64,000 nucleotides of DNA from Halobacteriales archaeon QS_5_70_17. GTDB lineage: Archaea > Halobacteriota > Halobacteria > Halobacteriales > Haloarculaceae. Positions 10,293-20,886 of the stretch are shown one piece after another. The notes below the pieces were generated by a model, which made no database searches, was not told where the DNA came from, and saw only the letters and a program-made list of their open reading frames with translations. The stretch covers positions 6,856 through 70,855 of the forward strand of contig PXRR01000017.1 of NCBI GenBank assembly GCA_003021975.1, given 5' to 3'. Every line of letters begins with the position of its first letter. Position 1 is the stretch's first letter. The position numbers were made by a program, and so were the translations under genes.

Positions 10293-11197
10293 CCCCGCCA
10301 GGACCGCCCGGGGCGCCACCCGAGCGCGTCGGCCGCCTTCCGTCCGCTGAGGAGGCTCTCTCTCCCCTCCAGGTCCCCCGCAGTCGCGTCCGGGTACACC
10401 TCCTCCGCGAGGCGCGCGCTCGGGGTCGTCGTCGTCGTGTCGGCCGCGACGGGGAAGAACCGCTCGTGACCGTCGAAACCCGCCGTCAGCGCCCGCTCGA
10501 CCGCCCGTGCCGCGTCCCCGACGTGGACGTACGAGAACAGCGTGTCCCGGGCCGTCGCGAAGTGCCCGCCCGCGCGGATCCCCGCCAGCGACCGGTCGCC
10601 CCCGAAGGTCGCCGCGACGTCCTCGGGCGTGACCACCCACGGGAAGCGCAGCGAACTGATCGTCCGCGGGGGCCCGTCGCGTCGGCCGAACCCGTCGGCT
10701 GCGGTCTCCGCCGCGAGTTTACCGATCCCGTAGGGGTTGGTCGGCGTCGCGGGGTGGTCCTCGTCGACCGGCAGGTAGCGGACGTCGATGGGATCGGGGT
10801 CGAAGCCGGCGCCCAGGGCGCTCAGGCTCGAGGCCAGCGCGACCGACCCGACGCCGAGCGCCGCGGCGGCCTCCAGGACGTGGTACGCGCCGAGGGCGTT
10901 GCTCCGGAAGGTGACGTGGCCGGGCGTCCGCTCGGGGGTGGGCAGCGCGCCGAGGTGGGCGACCGCGTCGGCGCCCGACCGGGCCAGCGAGCCGTACACC
11001 TCGCCGGCGTCGAGGAGGTCCGTCCGCAGGTAGCCGTCGGCCTCCGCCGCGTCGCTTTTCCCCCTGCTGAGGTTGACCGTCCGGTAGCCGGCCTCGTTCA
11101 GGCGGGCCACGACTGCCCGGCCGAGCGTCCCGTTCCCGCCGGTGACGGCGACGACGTCGGGATCGCGCGTGGAGTCCGCGTCCGTCTCGGCGTCCAT
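10289..11197 (-). CDS. NAD-dependent epimerase/dehydratase
   Basis: VTGGNGTLG, YGIGK (YxxxK), LRFPWV; start uncertain. Confidence 0.87.
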   Translation of the reverse strand: MDAETDADSTRDPDVVAVTGGNGTLGRAVVARLNEAGYRTVNLSRGKSDAAEADGYLRTDLLDAGEVYGSLARSGADAVAHLGALPTPERTPGHVTFRSNALGAYHVLEAAAALGVGSVALASSLSALGAGFDPDPIDVRYLPVDEDHPATPTNPYGIGKLAAETAADGFGRRDGPPRTISSLRFPWVVTPEDVAATFGGDRSLAGIRAGGHFATARDTLFSYVHVGDAARAVERALTAGFDGHERFFPVAADTTTTTPSARLAEEVYPDATAGDLEGRESLLSGRKAADALGWRPGRSWRG

Positions 11198-11222
11198 ACC
11201 GGACGCCGGAGCGCGGTTCACT

Positions 11223-11846
11223 TCAAGGGTCGTACCGGATCAGCGAGTCCGCGTCGTCGGCGACGGCGGCCGCCGCCGGGCCGAAGGAGTGGGCGTACCT
11301 GACCAGCAGCGTCAGCAGCGCCTCGGGGCGCTCCAGCGTGTAGCCGTCGCTCCGCGAGAGCAGGCCGGCCTCCTCGAGTTCCTTGGCGTACTTGCTCACC
11401 GTCGGCCGGGAGACCGACAGCGCGTCCGCGAGGTCGCTGCCCGACGCGGTCGGGTCTCGGAGGAGCGCGACGACCATCCCCCGGGGCGTCGAGCGCCGGA
11501 GGTACCCCAGCGCGCGCTTCTCGAAGGGCCCGAACCGGTCGGCCGGAACGTACCGGCGGTACTCCCCGTCCCGGAAGCTCTCGACGGCCCCGGCCTCGAC
11601 CAGCCGACGGAGGTGGTGTTGGGTCTCGCCGGTCCCCAGCGAGAGGTCGTCGCGGATCTTCGAGAAGTGGGCGCCGGGGGTCGTCGAGAGGTAGCCGGCG
11701 ATGGCGTCGCGGGCGTCGCTGGAGTCGGCGCCGTCGACCGCGTCCTCGTCGGCGAAGCGGGCCAGCGGACCGGCCGCGCCGAGCGCGGCGAACCGCCTGA
11801 GCGTCGCCCGTTTGTCCTCGTCGACCCCGTCGGGATCGCCCGTCAC
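11223..11846 (-). CDS. Double winged-helix transcriptional regulator
   Basis: PGAHFSKIRDDLSLGTGETQHHL and second HTH SGSDLADALSVSRPTVSKY. Confidence 0.85.
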   Translation of the reverse strand: MTGDPDGVDEDKRATLRRFAALGAAGPLARFADEDAVDGADSSDARDAIAGYLSTTPGAHFSKIRDDLSLGTGETQHHLRRLVEAGAVESFRDGEYRRYVPADRFGPFEKRALGYLRRSTPRGMVVALLRDPTASGSDLADALSVSRPTVSKYAKELEEAGLLSRSDGYTLERPEALLTLLVRYAHSFGPAAAAVADDADSLIRYDP

Positions 11847-11928
11847 GCTCGTCCGTTGGACGGAGAACAGTAAAACCGCTTTGGCTATTCGGGCCGAATT
11901 CGGGCCCGCTCCGGGCCCGAGACCGGCC

Positions 11929-13176
11929 TCACTCCGACTCGGGTTCGGGCTCCCGGTCGGCGTCCGACTCGGAGTCGGACGTCCGGTCGGTCTCGTCGCG
12001 GCCGGTACCGTCGGTTCCCGCGCCCTCGGCGGGCGTGTCCATCGCCGAACCGCCCATCTCGGCGTCCATCTCTTCGATGACCGCGTCGGGGTCGCGGATG
12101 TCCGCCGGGTCCTCGCCCTCCTTGATCGCCTGGGCCTCCTGTTCCATGGCCTCGACGTCCATCTCCGCGGCCTCGTCGATCTGACCGAGGATCTCCTCGA
12201 TGTCGTCGAGGCCGAGCATCTCGCGGGTCTCGGCGTCGAAGTCGAGGCTGTCCAGGGAGTGGCCGTCGGTGGCGACGTCGCTGCCGGTGAGGTGCCTGCC
12301 GTACCGGCCCACCAGCGAGGTGAGCTCCTGGGGCATCACGAACGTCGTCGACTCGCCCTGTCCGATCTCCGCGAGGGTTTCCATGCCCTTCTCGACGACG
12401 GCGCGCTCGCCCATCGACTGGGCGGACTTCGCGCGTAGCACTGTCGAGATGGCGTCGCCCTGCGCCTCCAGGATCTGGCTCTGCTTCTCGCCCTGCGCGC
12501 GGATGATGTTGGACTGCTTCTCCCCTTCGGCCTGCTCGACGGCGCTGCGGCGTTCCCCCTGGGCCTCGAGGATCATCGCCCGCCGGCGCCGCTCCGCCGA
12601 GGTCTGTTGCTCCATCGCCTGCTGGACGTCCGAACTGGGGTTGACCTCGCGGACCTCGACCGACTCCACGCGGATCCCCCACTCGTCGGTCGGCTCGTCG
12701 AGTTCCTTCCGGATCTTGGCGTTGATCTCCTGGCGCTTGTTCAGCGTGTCGTCGAGTTCCATGTCGCCGAGCACCGCCCGCAGCGTCGTCTGGGCGAGGT
12801 TCGAGACCGCCTTCTTGTAGTTGTCGACTTCGAGGAACGCCTTCTTGGCGTCCATCACCTTGATGTAGACGACGGCGTCGGCGGTCACCGGGGAGTTGTC
12901 CCGCGTGATCGCCTCCTGGCGGGGCACGTCCAGGGTCTGGGTGCGCATGTCGAAGGGGTAGGTCCGGGAGACGAACGGCCAGACGAAGTTGATTCCCGGT
13001 TCGAGCAAGCGCTGGTACTCGCCGAAGCGGGTGTACGCCCGCTTCTCGTAGGCGTTGACGATCTGGACGGCGCTGTACACCGCGGCGATCGCGATGACCA
13101 GTACGACCAGCGCGACCACCGAGACGACGACGCCGCCGCCGACCTGTAACGGTCCTGTGAGCACTGCGGGGGCCAT
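11929..13176 (-). CDS. SPFH/band 7 (stomatin-like) membrane protein
   Basis: N-terminal TM, QEAITRDN, AQTTLRAVLG, WGIRVESVEV, AERRRRA coiled coil. Confidence 0.95.
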   Translation of the reverse strand: MAPAVLTGPLQVGGGVVVSVVALVVLVIAIAAVYSAVQIVNAYEKRAYTRFGEYQRLLEPGINFVWPFVSRTYPFDMRTQTLDVPRQEAITRDNSPVTADAVVYIKVMDAKKAFLEVDNYKKAVSNLAQTTLRAVLGDMELDDTLNKRQEINAKIRKELDEPTDEWGIRVESVEVREVNPSSDVQQAMEQQTSAERRRRAMILEAQGERRSAVEQAEGEKQSNIIRAQGEKQSQILEAQGDAISTVLRAKSAQSMGERAVVEKGMETLAEIGQGESTTFVMPQELTSLVGRYGRHLTGSDVATDGHSLDSLDFDAETREMLGLDDIEEILGQIDEAAEMDVEAMEQEAQAIKEGEDPADIRDPDAVIEEMDAEMGGSAMDTPAEGAGTDGTGRDETDRTSDSESDADREPEPESE

Positions 13177-13227
13177 AGCCGAACTATGGTGACGATTGAC
13201 AAAAGGGTTCGCACTCCGCGGGCGCTC

Positions 13228-13803
13228 TCAGGCGGTTTCCCGGCCGGCGTTGCCCCGCTCGCTCTCCTCGTCGTCGGTCGCGCGCTCGCGTCTGAGTTCG
13301 CGGTCGATCGGGTCCTCGACGGCCGCGACCGGTTCCACGGTGACGACGTTGCCGCCGCCCGGGTCGATCACCATCACCTCCGTCCCCTCCGCGATCTCGC
13401 CGTCCATCGTCCGGGCGCGGTAGTAGGGGTTGAAGCCGCCCCCCTCGAGTTTCACCTCGCCGTCCGAGGGGGTGACTCGCTCGGTGACCGTCCCGAACTT
13501 GCCCTGCAGGGAGGTCGAGTCGCTCGTCCGCCCCCGCGAGGTGCCGCCGTAGACGTCGAACTCGCGGTAGGCGTAGAAGGTGGCGGCGCCGGCGACGACC
13601 ACCGCCAGGGCCATCAGGAACAGCCCCAGCGGCGTCGACCCGACGACGAGCCCGATCAGGCCCGCGACGAACAGCGCCACCCCGAGGACGATGAAGTGTG
13701 CCCCCGGCGCGAGCGCCTCCGCGACGATCAGCCCCGTTCCCGCCAGTAACAGCAACACCGGGATCGACAGCGAGAGCACGTCGCCGATCTGGAGGGCGAC
13801 CAT
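13228..13803 (-). CDS. NfeD family protein (SPFH partner)
   Basis: Three TM segments then an OB-like domain (GTVTERV...GEIAEGTEVMV); directly upstream of the SPFH gene. Confidence 0.88.
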   Translation of the reverse strand: MVALQIGDVLSLSIPVLLLLAGTGLIVAEALAPGAHFIVLGVALFVAGLIGLVVGSTPLGLFLMALAVVVAGAATFYAYREFDVYGGTSRGRTSDSTSLQGKFGTVTERVTPSDGEVKLEGGGFNPYYRARTMDGEIAEGTEVMVIDPGGGNVVTVEPVAAVEDPIDRELRRERATDDEESERGNAGRETA

Positions 13804-13991
13804 GCCACTCCTAGGCACGTCACCCGGTTAACCCTTCGGCTCCACGGCGGGAGAGACGGCCGCCGACCCGCTGGCGCCCGTCTCCGGTCCCGGGGGATCC
13901 GCCGACGGGTGACCGCCCGCGCCGACTGGGTTCGAGAACCGGACCGGACCGGACCGGAACCCCCATCACCCGACGGCGACCAACCCGACCC

Positions 13992-14141
13992 ATGCTCGGA
14001 GGCCACAGCCCGGAACTCGCGGTGACGCTCGCGCTCGCCCGTCCGGCGGAGACGGTCCGGCTGCTGGAGGCGGCCGATCCGTCGACGTTCGGGCGCCTGG
14101 TCGATCGGTTCGAGCGCCTCGTCGACGACCTGCTGGAGTGA
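13992..14141 (+). other. Short 49-codon ORF or gene remnant
   Basis: ATG 13992 to TGA 14141, MLGGHSPELAV...RLVDRFERLVDDLLE, host-like codons. Confidence 0.3.
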
Positions 14142-14269
14142 CGGGCGCGAGCGCGCGCCCCTCATGCTCCCGCTGGCGGCGCTGACCGGCGGCTACGCGG
14201 TCCTCTCGCTGTGGATCCTCCCCCCGCAGGTCGTCGCCTCGACCGCGCCGGCCCCGACGCGGGCGGCGG

Positions 14270-14509
14270 TCACAGCACGAGCAGGGCGACGATGCCGATT
14301 ATCGTCGCCGCCCCCAAGAGGACGAAGAAGGCGTTCTCGGCGGTCGGCGCTCCGGGCTCGGGGTCCTCGAGGGCGGCGTCGGCCGACCCGAGGACGTTCC
14401 CCTCCTCCCCCTCCTCGCCGTCGTCATCCGAGTCGGGGCCGACCTCGTCGATCCCGAAGCGCCAGCCACCGTCGCCGTCGTCGTCGCCGTTCCCGCCGTC
14501 GTCTGCCAT
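14270..14509 (-). CDS. Small acidic membrane-anchored protein (DUF7312-like)
   Basis: WRFGIDEVG...EPGAPTAENAFFVLLGA plus C-terminal TM. Confidence 0.75.
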   Translation of the reverse strand: MADDGGNGDDDGDGGWRFGIDEVGPDSDDDGEEGEEGNVLGSADAALEDPEPGAPTAENAFFVLLGAATIIGIVALLVL

Positions 14510-14551
14510 GTCACCACCGACGGGAGCGAGCCGAAAAGCGTTGTCGGCGGC

Positions 14552-16663
14552 CTACCGGACCTTGGTCCCGGGCGGGACGTCCCCGTGGGTGGTCAGCAGG
14601 TCGGCCTCGTCGCCCGCGGCCAGTACCATCCCGTTGGACTCGACGCCGAACAGCTCCGCCCGCTCGAGGTTCGCGACGACGACGACCCGCGTGCCGGGGA
14701 GCGCGTCGACGTCGTGGAGTTGCCGGAGGCCGGCGACGATCTGTCGCGTCTCGGCACCGATGTCCACCTCCAGCCGCAGGAGCTCGTCGGCCCCCTCGAC
14801 CGGCTCGGCGTCCAAGATCTCCCCGACCCGGAGGTCCATCGACTGGAAGGTCTCGAAGTCGATCCGCTCGTCGGCCAGCGGTTCGAGGTCGGGGCCGGCT
14901 CCCGAGTCGGCCTCGCTCTCGACGTCCTCGCCCTCCGGGACCTCGTCTCCGGCGTCGGCGTCGGACTCGGTCTCCGCCGCCGCTTCGGCCTCGGCGGTGC
15001 GCTCCTCGAGGCGCTCGTTGAGTTCCTCGACCCGCTCGTCGTCGATCTTCTCGAACAGCTCCTCGGGTTCGCCGAACGTCTCGGGGGGCACCTCGAGGGC
15101 GTCCCCGACGGTCGCCTCGTGGACGCTGCCCGACTCGCCGAGCTGATCCCACAGCCGCTCGGCGGAGTCGGGGGCGACGGGCTCGAAGAGCACGGCGACG
15201 GCCTTCGCGATCTGGACGCAGTCGCGGATGACCTGCGCGGCCTCCTCCGGGGACTCGTCGGCGAGCTTCCAGGGCTCGTGGCGCTGGATGTACTCGTTGC
15301 CGAACCGCGAGAGGTCGACGGCGGCGTTGCCGGCCCGCCGGACCGAGTAGTCGTTGATCGCGGCGGCGAAGTCGTCGATCGCCGACTCGATGCGGTGTCG
15401 GACGTCGTCGCTGACCTCGGCGTCGGGGGTCCCGTCGTAGTTGCGCTCGGCGAACAACAGCGAGCGGTAGACGAAGTTACCCAGCGCGCCGACGAGTTCG
15501 GAGTTGACCCGCTCCCGGAAGCGCCCCCACGAGAAGTCGACGTCCTGCTGGAAGCCGCCGTTGGTCGCCAGGTAGTACCGCAGGAGGTCCTCGTGGAACC
15601 CCTCCTCGAGGTACTCCCGGGCCCAGACGGCGCGGTTCCGGGACGTCGAGAACCCCATCCCGTTGAGCGTCATGAACCCGCTGGCCGTGATCGCGCGGGG
15701 CTCCTCGTAGTCCGCGACGTGTAGCATCGCCGGCCAGAAGATCGTGTGGTGCTGAATGATGTCCCGCCCGATGACGTGGACGATCTCGCCGTCGTCCTTC
15801 CAGACGCTCTCCCAGTCGTACTCGTCGGCGCCGACCCGCTCGGAGTACTGCCTGGTCGAGGCGACGTACTCGACGGGCGCGTCGACCCAGACGTACAGCA
15901 CGAGGTCGTCCTCGCCGGGGTAGTCGATCCCCCAGTCGAGGTCCCGAGAGATACACCAGTCCTGCAGCCCCGACTCGATCCACTCCCGGGGCTGGTTTCT
16001 CGCGTTCGAGGTGCCCTCCAGGCGATCGAGGAACTCAGAGAGGTAGTCGGACAGCTCCGAGACCCGGAAGAACTCGTGGGTCCGGTCGCGGTACTCCGCG
16101 GGGTTGCCCGTCAGCGTCGAGACGGGATCCTCGATCTCGCCGGGTTCAAGGTGGCGCCCGCAGCCCTCGTCGCACTCGTCGCCGCGGGCCTGCTCGCCGC
16201 AGTAGGGACAGGTCCCCTCGACGTAGCGGTCGGGCAGGGGCTGGTCCTCCCGGGGGTCCCAGGCGACCTTGATCTCCTTCTCGTAGACGTACCCCTCCGC
16301 CTCGAGGCGCTCGACGAACTCCAGGGTGAGTTCGGTGTTGGTCTCGTCGTGGGTGTGGCCGTAGTTGTCGAACTCGACGCCGAACTCCGGGAACGTCTCC
16401 CGGTACTGCTCGTGCCAGTTCAACGCGAACGACTCGGGGTCGACCCCCTCGCGCTCGGCCTGGACCGCGATGGGCGTGCCGTGCATGTCCGACCCGCAGA
16501 CGAACGCCGTTTCCTGGCCGAGCGTCTCGAGGGCGCGCGCGTAGATGTCGCCGCCGACGTACGTCCGGAGGTGGCCGATGTGGAGGTCGCCGTTGGCGTA
16601 GGGCAACCCGCAGGTGACCACCGCCGGCCGGTCCGTCGGGAAGTCCTCGTGGCCGTTGCTCAT
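14552..16663 (-). CDS. metG: Methionine--tRNA ligase with C-terminal tRNA-binding domain
   Basis: LPYANGDLHIGH, zinc knuckle CPYC, YVWVDAP, FSTS; C-terminal Trbp111-like domain. Confidence 0.97.
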   Translation of the reverse strand: MSNGHEDFPTDRPAVVTCGLPYANGDLHIGHLRTYVGGDIYARALETLGQETAFVCGSDMHGTPIAVQAEREGVDPESFALNWHEQYRETFPEFGVEFDNYGHTHDETNTELTLEFVERLEAEGYVYEKEIKVAWDPREDQPLPDRYVEGTCPYCGEQARGDECDEGCGRHLEPGEIEDPVSTLTGNPAEYRDRTHEFFRVSELSDYLSEFLDRLEGTSNARNQPREWIESGLQDWCISRDLDWGIDYPGEDDLVLYVWVDAPVEYVASTRQYSERVGADEYDWESVWKDDGEIVHVIGRDIIQHHTIFWPAMLHVADYEEPRAITASGFMTLNGMGFSTSRNRAVWAREYLEEGFHEDLLRYYLATNGGFQQDVDFSWGRFRERVNSELVGALGNFVYRSLLFAERNYDGTPDAEVSDDVRHRIESAIDDFAAAINDYSVRRAGNAAVDLSRFGNEYIQRHEPWKLADESPEEAAQVIRDCVQIAKAVAVLFEPVAPDSAERLWDQLGESGSVHEATVGDALEVPPETFGEPEELFEKIDDERVEELNERLEERTAEAEAAAETESDADAGDEVPEGEDVESEADSGAGPDLEPLADERIDFETFQSMDLRVGEILDAEPVEGADELLRLEVDIGAETRQIVAGLRQLHDVDALPGTRVVVVANLERAELFGVESNGMVLAAGDEADLLTTHGDVPPGTKVR

Positions 16664-16743
16664 GTGTACGGTGGCGCCCGTGGCGGCCTAAAACCCGCCG
16701 GTTTCCTCCCCGTCCGCTCCCGGGCGCCCCGGCGCGGGCGGTC

Positions 16744-17343
16744 TCAGGTGACCATCGGCAGCACCGCCGTGACCGCCTCGCCGGCGGAGACCCACACGAG
16801 CAGGCGGCCGACGCTCCCCGCGAACGTCGCCAGCGCGAACCGCACGTAGTGGTCCTCGAGGACGGTGAACGCGTAGATGGAGATGGTGTCGGGGAAGAAG
16901 GGGATCGACAGGGCGACCGCGAGGCCGATGTAGCCGTACTGGCGGGCGATCTCGACGGTCCGCCGCTCCGACCAGGAGACGATGTCGAACCGGGACTGCT
17001 TGAGGGCCCGCAACAGCGGGCCGTACTCCTTGGCCTCGTTGCCGAGTTTCAGGGCGAGCACGCTCCCCGCCGCCTTCCCGACCGCGCTGGCGAGGATGAT
17101 CAGGAGGAACTCGGTCCACTCGGGCAGGCCCAGGTTCAGCGGCGCGAGCAGGACGACCTCGCTGGGCAACGGGAGGACGATGGCGATGAGAAAGGAGTAG
17201 ACCCCGATGATGAGCAGTCCCGCCGGACCCGTGGCGGTCTCGACGGCCGCCCGGAGTCCGGCGGTGAGCCCGGACTGGAGAGCCTCCAGGAGTGCGGCCA
17301 GTAGGACGATGGGATCGGGCACGCGTTGCTTTGTAGGGAACAC
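16744..17343 (-). CDS. YqaA/DedA (VTT domain) membrane protein
   Basis: YSFLIAIVLPLPSEVVL, YGYIGLAVALSIPFFPD; start uncertain. Confidence 0.85.
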   Translation of the reverse strand: MFPTKQRVPDPIVLLAALLEALQSGLTAGLRAAVETATGPAGLLIIGVYSFLIAIVLPLPSEVVLLAPLNLGLPEWTEFLLIILASAVGKAAGSVLALKLGNEAKEYGPLLRALKQSRFDIVSWSERRTVEIARQYGYIGLAVALSIPFFPDTISIYAFTVLEDHYVRFALATFAGSVGRLLVWVSAGEAVTAVLPMVT

Positions 17344-17398
17344 CCACCTAAGGATTCATCGAACGTGTGTAGCCTCGGGGGGCGGGGCGGCTATACGC

Positions 17399-18466
17399 TT
17401 AGAGGGCGTCGAGGTCCGAGAGGAACGACGACAGCGCGTCTCGGGTGACGTGGGGCATGACGACCACGCGCAGTTCGCCCGCTGCGGTCGTCGCCAGCCG
17501 CCAGCCGGCCGCCCGGAGGCGGTCGACGCTCCCCTCGGCGAGGTCGGCCGCGACCAGCGGGAGCGTCGGGTCGACGACCCGGACGCCCCGGTCGCGGAGT
17601 TCGGCGGCGAGCCACTCCGCGAGGGCCATCGCGCGCTCGTACTCCGCCCGGTAGCCCTCCGGCCACAGCGCCTCCATCGCGGCGACGGCGCCGGCGACGC
17701 CCGCGCCCGACCGCGTCCCGGTTAGGGAGACCTGTGACGGGGAGTCGAGGTACGGCGCGTCCACGGCCAGTTCGTCGAGCAGGTCCGGCGACCGCGTCAG
17801 CAGGCCGCCCGCGGGCACCGGTGCCTGCCCCAGCTTGTGCGGGTCGATCGTCATCGTGTCGACGGGGGCGTCGCCGAAGTCCCAGTCGTAGTCGGTGAAC
17901 GGGAGCGCGAACCCGCCCCAGGCGGCGTCGGCGTGGAAGAGCGCGCCGGCGTCCTCGGCCAGCGCGGCGAGTCGGGGGATCGGATCGACGCGGCCGTACT
18001 CCGTCGACCCGGCCACGCCGACGACCGCGACCGTGTCGCCGTCGATCAGTTCGGCGACGGCCGCGGGGTCGGCCCGGCGATCGGAGAGGGGCGCGCGGCG
18101 CAACTCGACGCCGAGGACGTCGGCGGCCTTGGTGAACGAGAAGTGGGCGCTCTCGGGGACGACGGCGTTGGGCGCGTCGGTCCGGCCGCGGGCGCGGTTG
18201 CGGGCGATCCGGATCGCCTGGAGGTTGGCCTCGGTCCCCCCGGAGGTGACGTAGCCCGACGGGTCCGGGAGGCCGGCCACCGAGCCCAGCAGGTCGACCG
18301 CGTCGCGCTCGAGGGCCGCGACCGTCTCGTAGGTTCCGGGGTCGCCGGGGTTGGTCGCGAGGAACCGCTCGGCGGCCGCCCGCGCCTCGGGGTGGGGGTC
18401 CGTGCACATCGAGGAGAGGACGCGGTCGAACTCCTGCGGTCCGGGCTCGGGGGCGCCCCGCTGCAT
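17399..18466 (-). CDS. mfnA: Tyrosine/aspartate decarboxylase MfnA (PLP-dependent)
   Basis: [39 protein letters not shown]. Confidence 0.93.
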   Translation of the reverse strand: MQRGAPEPGPQEFDRVLSSMCTDPHPEARAAAERFLATNPGDPGTYETVAALERDAVDLLGSVAGLPDPSGYVTSGGTEANLQAIRIARNRARGRTDAPNAVVPESAHFSFTKAADVLGVELRRAPLSDRRADPAAVAELIDGDTVAVVGVAGSTEYGRVDPIPRLAALAEDAGALFHADAAWGGFALPFTDYDWDFGDAPVDTMTIDPHKLGQAPVPAGGLLTRSPDLLDELAVDAPYLDSPSQVSLTGTRSGAGVAGAVAAMEALWPEGYRAEYERAMALAEWLAAELRDRGVRVVDPTLPLVAADLAEGSVDRLRAAGWRLATTAAGELRVVVMPHVTRDALSSFLSDLDAL

Positions 18467-18490
18467 ACCGGCCATTCCGGAGTCGGCCGT

Positions 18491-19378
18491 TTAGCCGTTG
18501 TGTTTGGCCGGTGCGGTCCCCCGCGCCGCGGCGGTCCGGTTCTCGCTGTCGCCACCGCTCGCAGCGATGATATCGGCCGCCCAGCCGGGCTGCTCGAAGC
18601 TCACCCCGCCGATCCGCACTACTTCGTAGACCAGGTCGACGGTCGCCGCCTCGCCGTCGATAGTGTAGTCCGCGGTTAGCGACAGCGACCGGATCCGCCC
18701 GTCGCCGTCGACGACGGCGGTCGCACTGAAGTTCGAGACGTTCTCCGATCCGCGGACGAACAGCCCCGAGTCGTCCTCAACGGTCAGCCCCTCGGCCCGG
18801 AGGACCGCCAACCGCTCCCCGTCGCGGGTCGTCCGCTCGACGACCCGGTACTCGCCCAGCGAGAGGTACTCGGCGAGGGGCCGGGCGGTAGTGATCGCCG
18901 CCGGCGACTCCGGCTGGCCGACCCGCCGCGTGACGACCTGATCGCCCTGGAGCCCGCGGACCGCCTGGACGGTGTCGTTGCCCCACGCTTGGAACGTGGT
19001 CCCCGTCGCCCGGTCGGTGCGCCGGTAGCGGTACGGCCGCGCGCCCCGCTCGGCGACCACTCGCTGGGTGATCGTCGTCTCCACGAGCCGCGTCGTGTTC
19101 GAGGAGGTCGGCACCCGCTGGGTGAGGTTCGACCGCAGGCGCGACTCAAGGCTGTCGTTCGTCAGCGCCCGCCGGTGGGCGTCGACCAGCGCGGCGGAGT
19201 CGGTCAGCCGGCCGTCCTCGACGCCCGGGACCGCGAGGGCCTCGGTGTCACCTCCCGCGTCGTCCGCGGTCTCGGCGGCGGTTCCGTCCGGCGTCGCCGT
19301 CTCCGGGGACCCGCCCAGCCCCCCGCATCCGGCGGTGACCAGCAGCAGTGCGACCGCGACGACGCGAAGCCCACGCAT
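18491..19378 (-). CDS. Putative lipoprotein (DUF7537-like)
   Basis: Lipobox-like LLVTAGC; beta-rich body. Confidence 0.8.
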   Translation of the reverse strand: MRGLRVVAVALLLVTAGCGGLGGSPETATPDGTAAETADDAGGDTEALAVPGVEDGRLTDSAALVDAHRRALTNDSLESRLRSNLTQRVPTSSNTTRLVETTITQRVVAERGARPYRYRRTDRATGTTFQAWGNDTVQAVRGLQGDQVVTRRVGQPESPAAITTARPLAEYLSLGEYRVVERTTRDGERLAVLRAEGLTVEDDSGLFVRGSENVSNFSATAVVDGDGRIRSLSLTADYTIDGEAATVDLVYEVVRIGGVSFEQPGWAADIIAASGGDSENRTAAARGTAPAKHNG

Positions 19379-19509
19379 TGCCGGGGGGTATCCGGGCGGG
19401 GGGATAAGCGCGGTGTTTCGACGCCGGCGGTCGGCGCCGGCGTCACGGTAACGCTTATCGCGATCCGGCGGCGGTAGATCGGTATGCTCGACTCCGAGGG
19501 CGATCGCTC

Positions 19510-20232
19510 GTGAGCACGTTCCTGCTCGTCCACGGCGCCTACCACGGCGCGTGGTGCTGGTACAAGCTCCGCCCGGAACTGGAAGACCGCGGGCACGCGG
19601 TTGTCGCGCCGGACCTGCCGGCCCACGGGACCGACTGCACGCCGCCCGCGCGTGCCACGCTAGAGGGGTACGTCGACCGCGTCTGCGAGCGCCTCGCGGA
19701 CTGCGAGGGCCCGGTCGCGCTCGTCGGCCACAGCATGGCCGGGATGGTGATCACCGCCGTCGCCGAGCGCCGCCCCGATGCCGTCGACGCGCTGGTGTAC
19801 CTGACGGCGTACCTCCCCGACCCCGGCGAGTCGATGCTCGACCAGCGCGGCGAGGCGTCGGTCGTCACCGAGAACTTCGTGATCGAGAGCGAGCGCGGCG
19901 TCGGCTACGTCGCCGACGAGGCGCTCGACGAGGCGTTCTACGGCGACTGCTCGGCCCGGGATCGAGCGCTGGCGCGCTCGCTGCTCCGCCCGGAGCCGAT
20001 GGACCCGCTGTCGACGCCCGTCGACTACACCGACGAGCGCTTCGGGAGCGTCCGACGGACCTACGTGGGCTGCGAGCGCGACCGGGCGATCACGCCCGAC
20101 CAGCAGCGGGCGATGCGGGGGTCAGTCGGCGTCGACGAGACGCTGACGCTCTCGGCGGGCCACTCGCCATTTCTCTCGGTGCCCGAGGCGACCGCCGACG
20201 CGCTGACGGCCGCCCTCGGCGAGCGGGAGTGA
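19510..20232 (+). CDS. Alpha/beta hydrolase (methylesterase-like)
   Basis: LVHGAYHGAWCW, GHSMAG nucleophile elbow, DRAI, GHSPF. Confidence 0.92.
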   Translation: MSTFLLVHGAYHGAWCWYKLRPELEDRGHAVVAPDLPAHGTDCTPPARATLEGYVDRVCERLADCEGPVALVGHSMAGMVITAVAERRPDAVDALVYLTAYLPDPGESMLDQRGEASVVTENFVIESERGVGYVADEALDEAFYGDCSARDRALARSLLRPEPMDPLSTPVDYTDERFGSVRRTYVGCERDRAITPDQQRAMRGSVGVDETLTLSAGHSPFLSVPEATADALTAALGERE

Positions 20233-20241
20233 GCCAGCGGA

Positions 20242-20886
20242 TCAGTGGCGCACGAGCAGCGCGTCCGTGACCAGCGCCTCGGTCCCCCGCCGGATCCGCT
20301 CGGAGAGCGCCTGGTGAGAGACGCCCATCTCCTCGGCGAGGTCGTCGAGGTTCGCCTTGCGCGGGACCTCGAAGTACCCCCGCTCGCAGGCGATGGTCAG
20401 CGCCTCGTACTGCTCCTCGGTGAGCCCGTACCGGCCCGACGGATCCCCGGTCATCTCGCGGATCGAGCGGACGGTCAGCGAGACGCCGTGGTCCTCGCAG
20501 TAGCCCTTCGTCTCGTTGAGCCCGTCCGAGGAGGGGTAGAGCACGCGCAACAGCCAGTTGTCGTCGTTGGTCGTGGCGTCGAGGATGGTCCCCCGGCTGG
20601 CGACGATCCGGATGACGAGTTCGACCCGGTCCACCCACTCCATCCGGTAGAGGTGCTCGTCGTCGAACGCCGAGAGCAACTCGACGTTCTCGGTCGTCGG
20701 GTCGTCCCGGACGGCCGCGTCGAGGCGGTCGAGGTCGGACGCCCCCGCCCAGACCAGCGGCAGGAACGTGTCCCGCCCCGTCTCGGCGATCTTCTCGCAC
20801 TCGAAGGAGGCGTCGGGGACCGACGCGAGGGTTTCCGCGAGCACGAACTCGTCTCGGGGGAGGACCGCCGTCGCGAGCGTCGCCAT
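20242..20886 (-). CDS. Bat-type (HTH_10) transcriptional regulator
   Basis: LTEEQYEAL...GYFEVPRKANLDDLAEEMGVSHQALSERIRRG. Confidence 0.92.
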   Translation of the reverse strand: MATLATAVLPRDEFVLAETLASVPDASFECEKIAETGRDTFLPLVWAGASDLDRLDAAVRDDPTTENVELLSAFDDEHLYRMEWVDRVELVIRIVASRGTILDATTNDDNWLLRVLYPSSDGLNETKGYCEDHGVSLTVRSIREMTGDPSGRYGLTEEQYEALTIACERGYFEVPRKANLDDLAEEMGVSHQALSERIRRGTEALVTDALLVRH

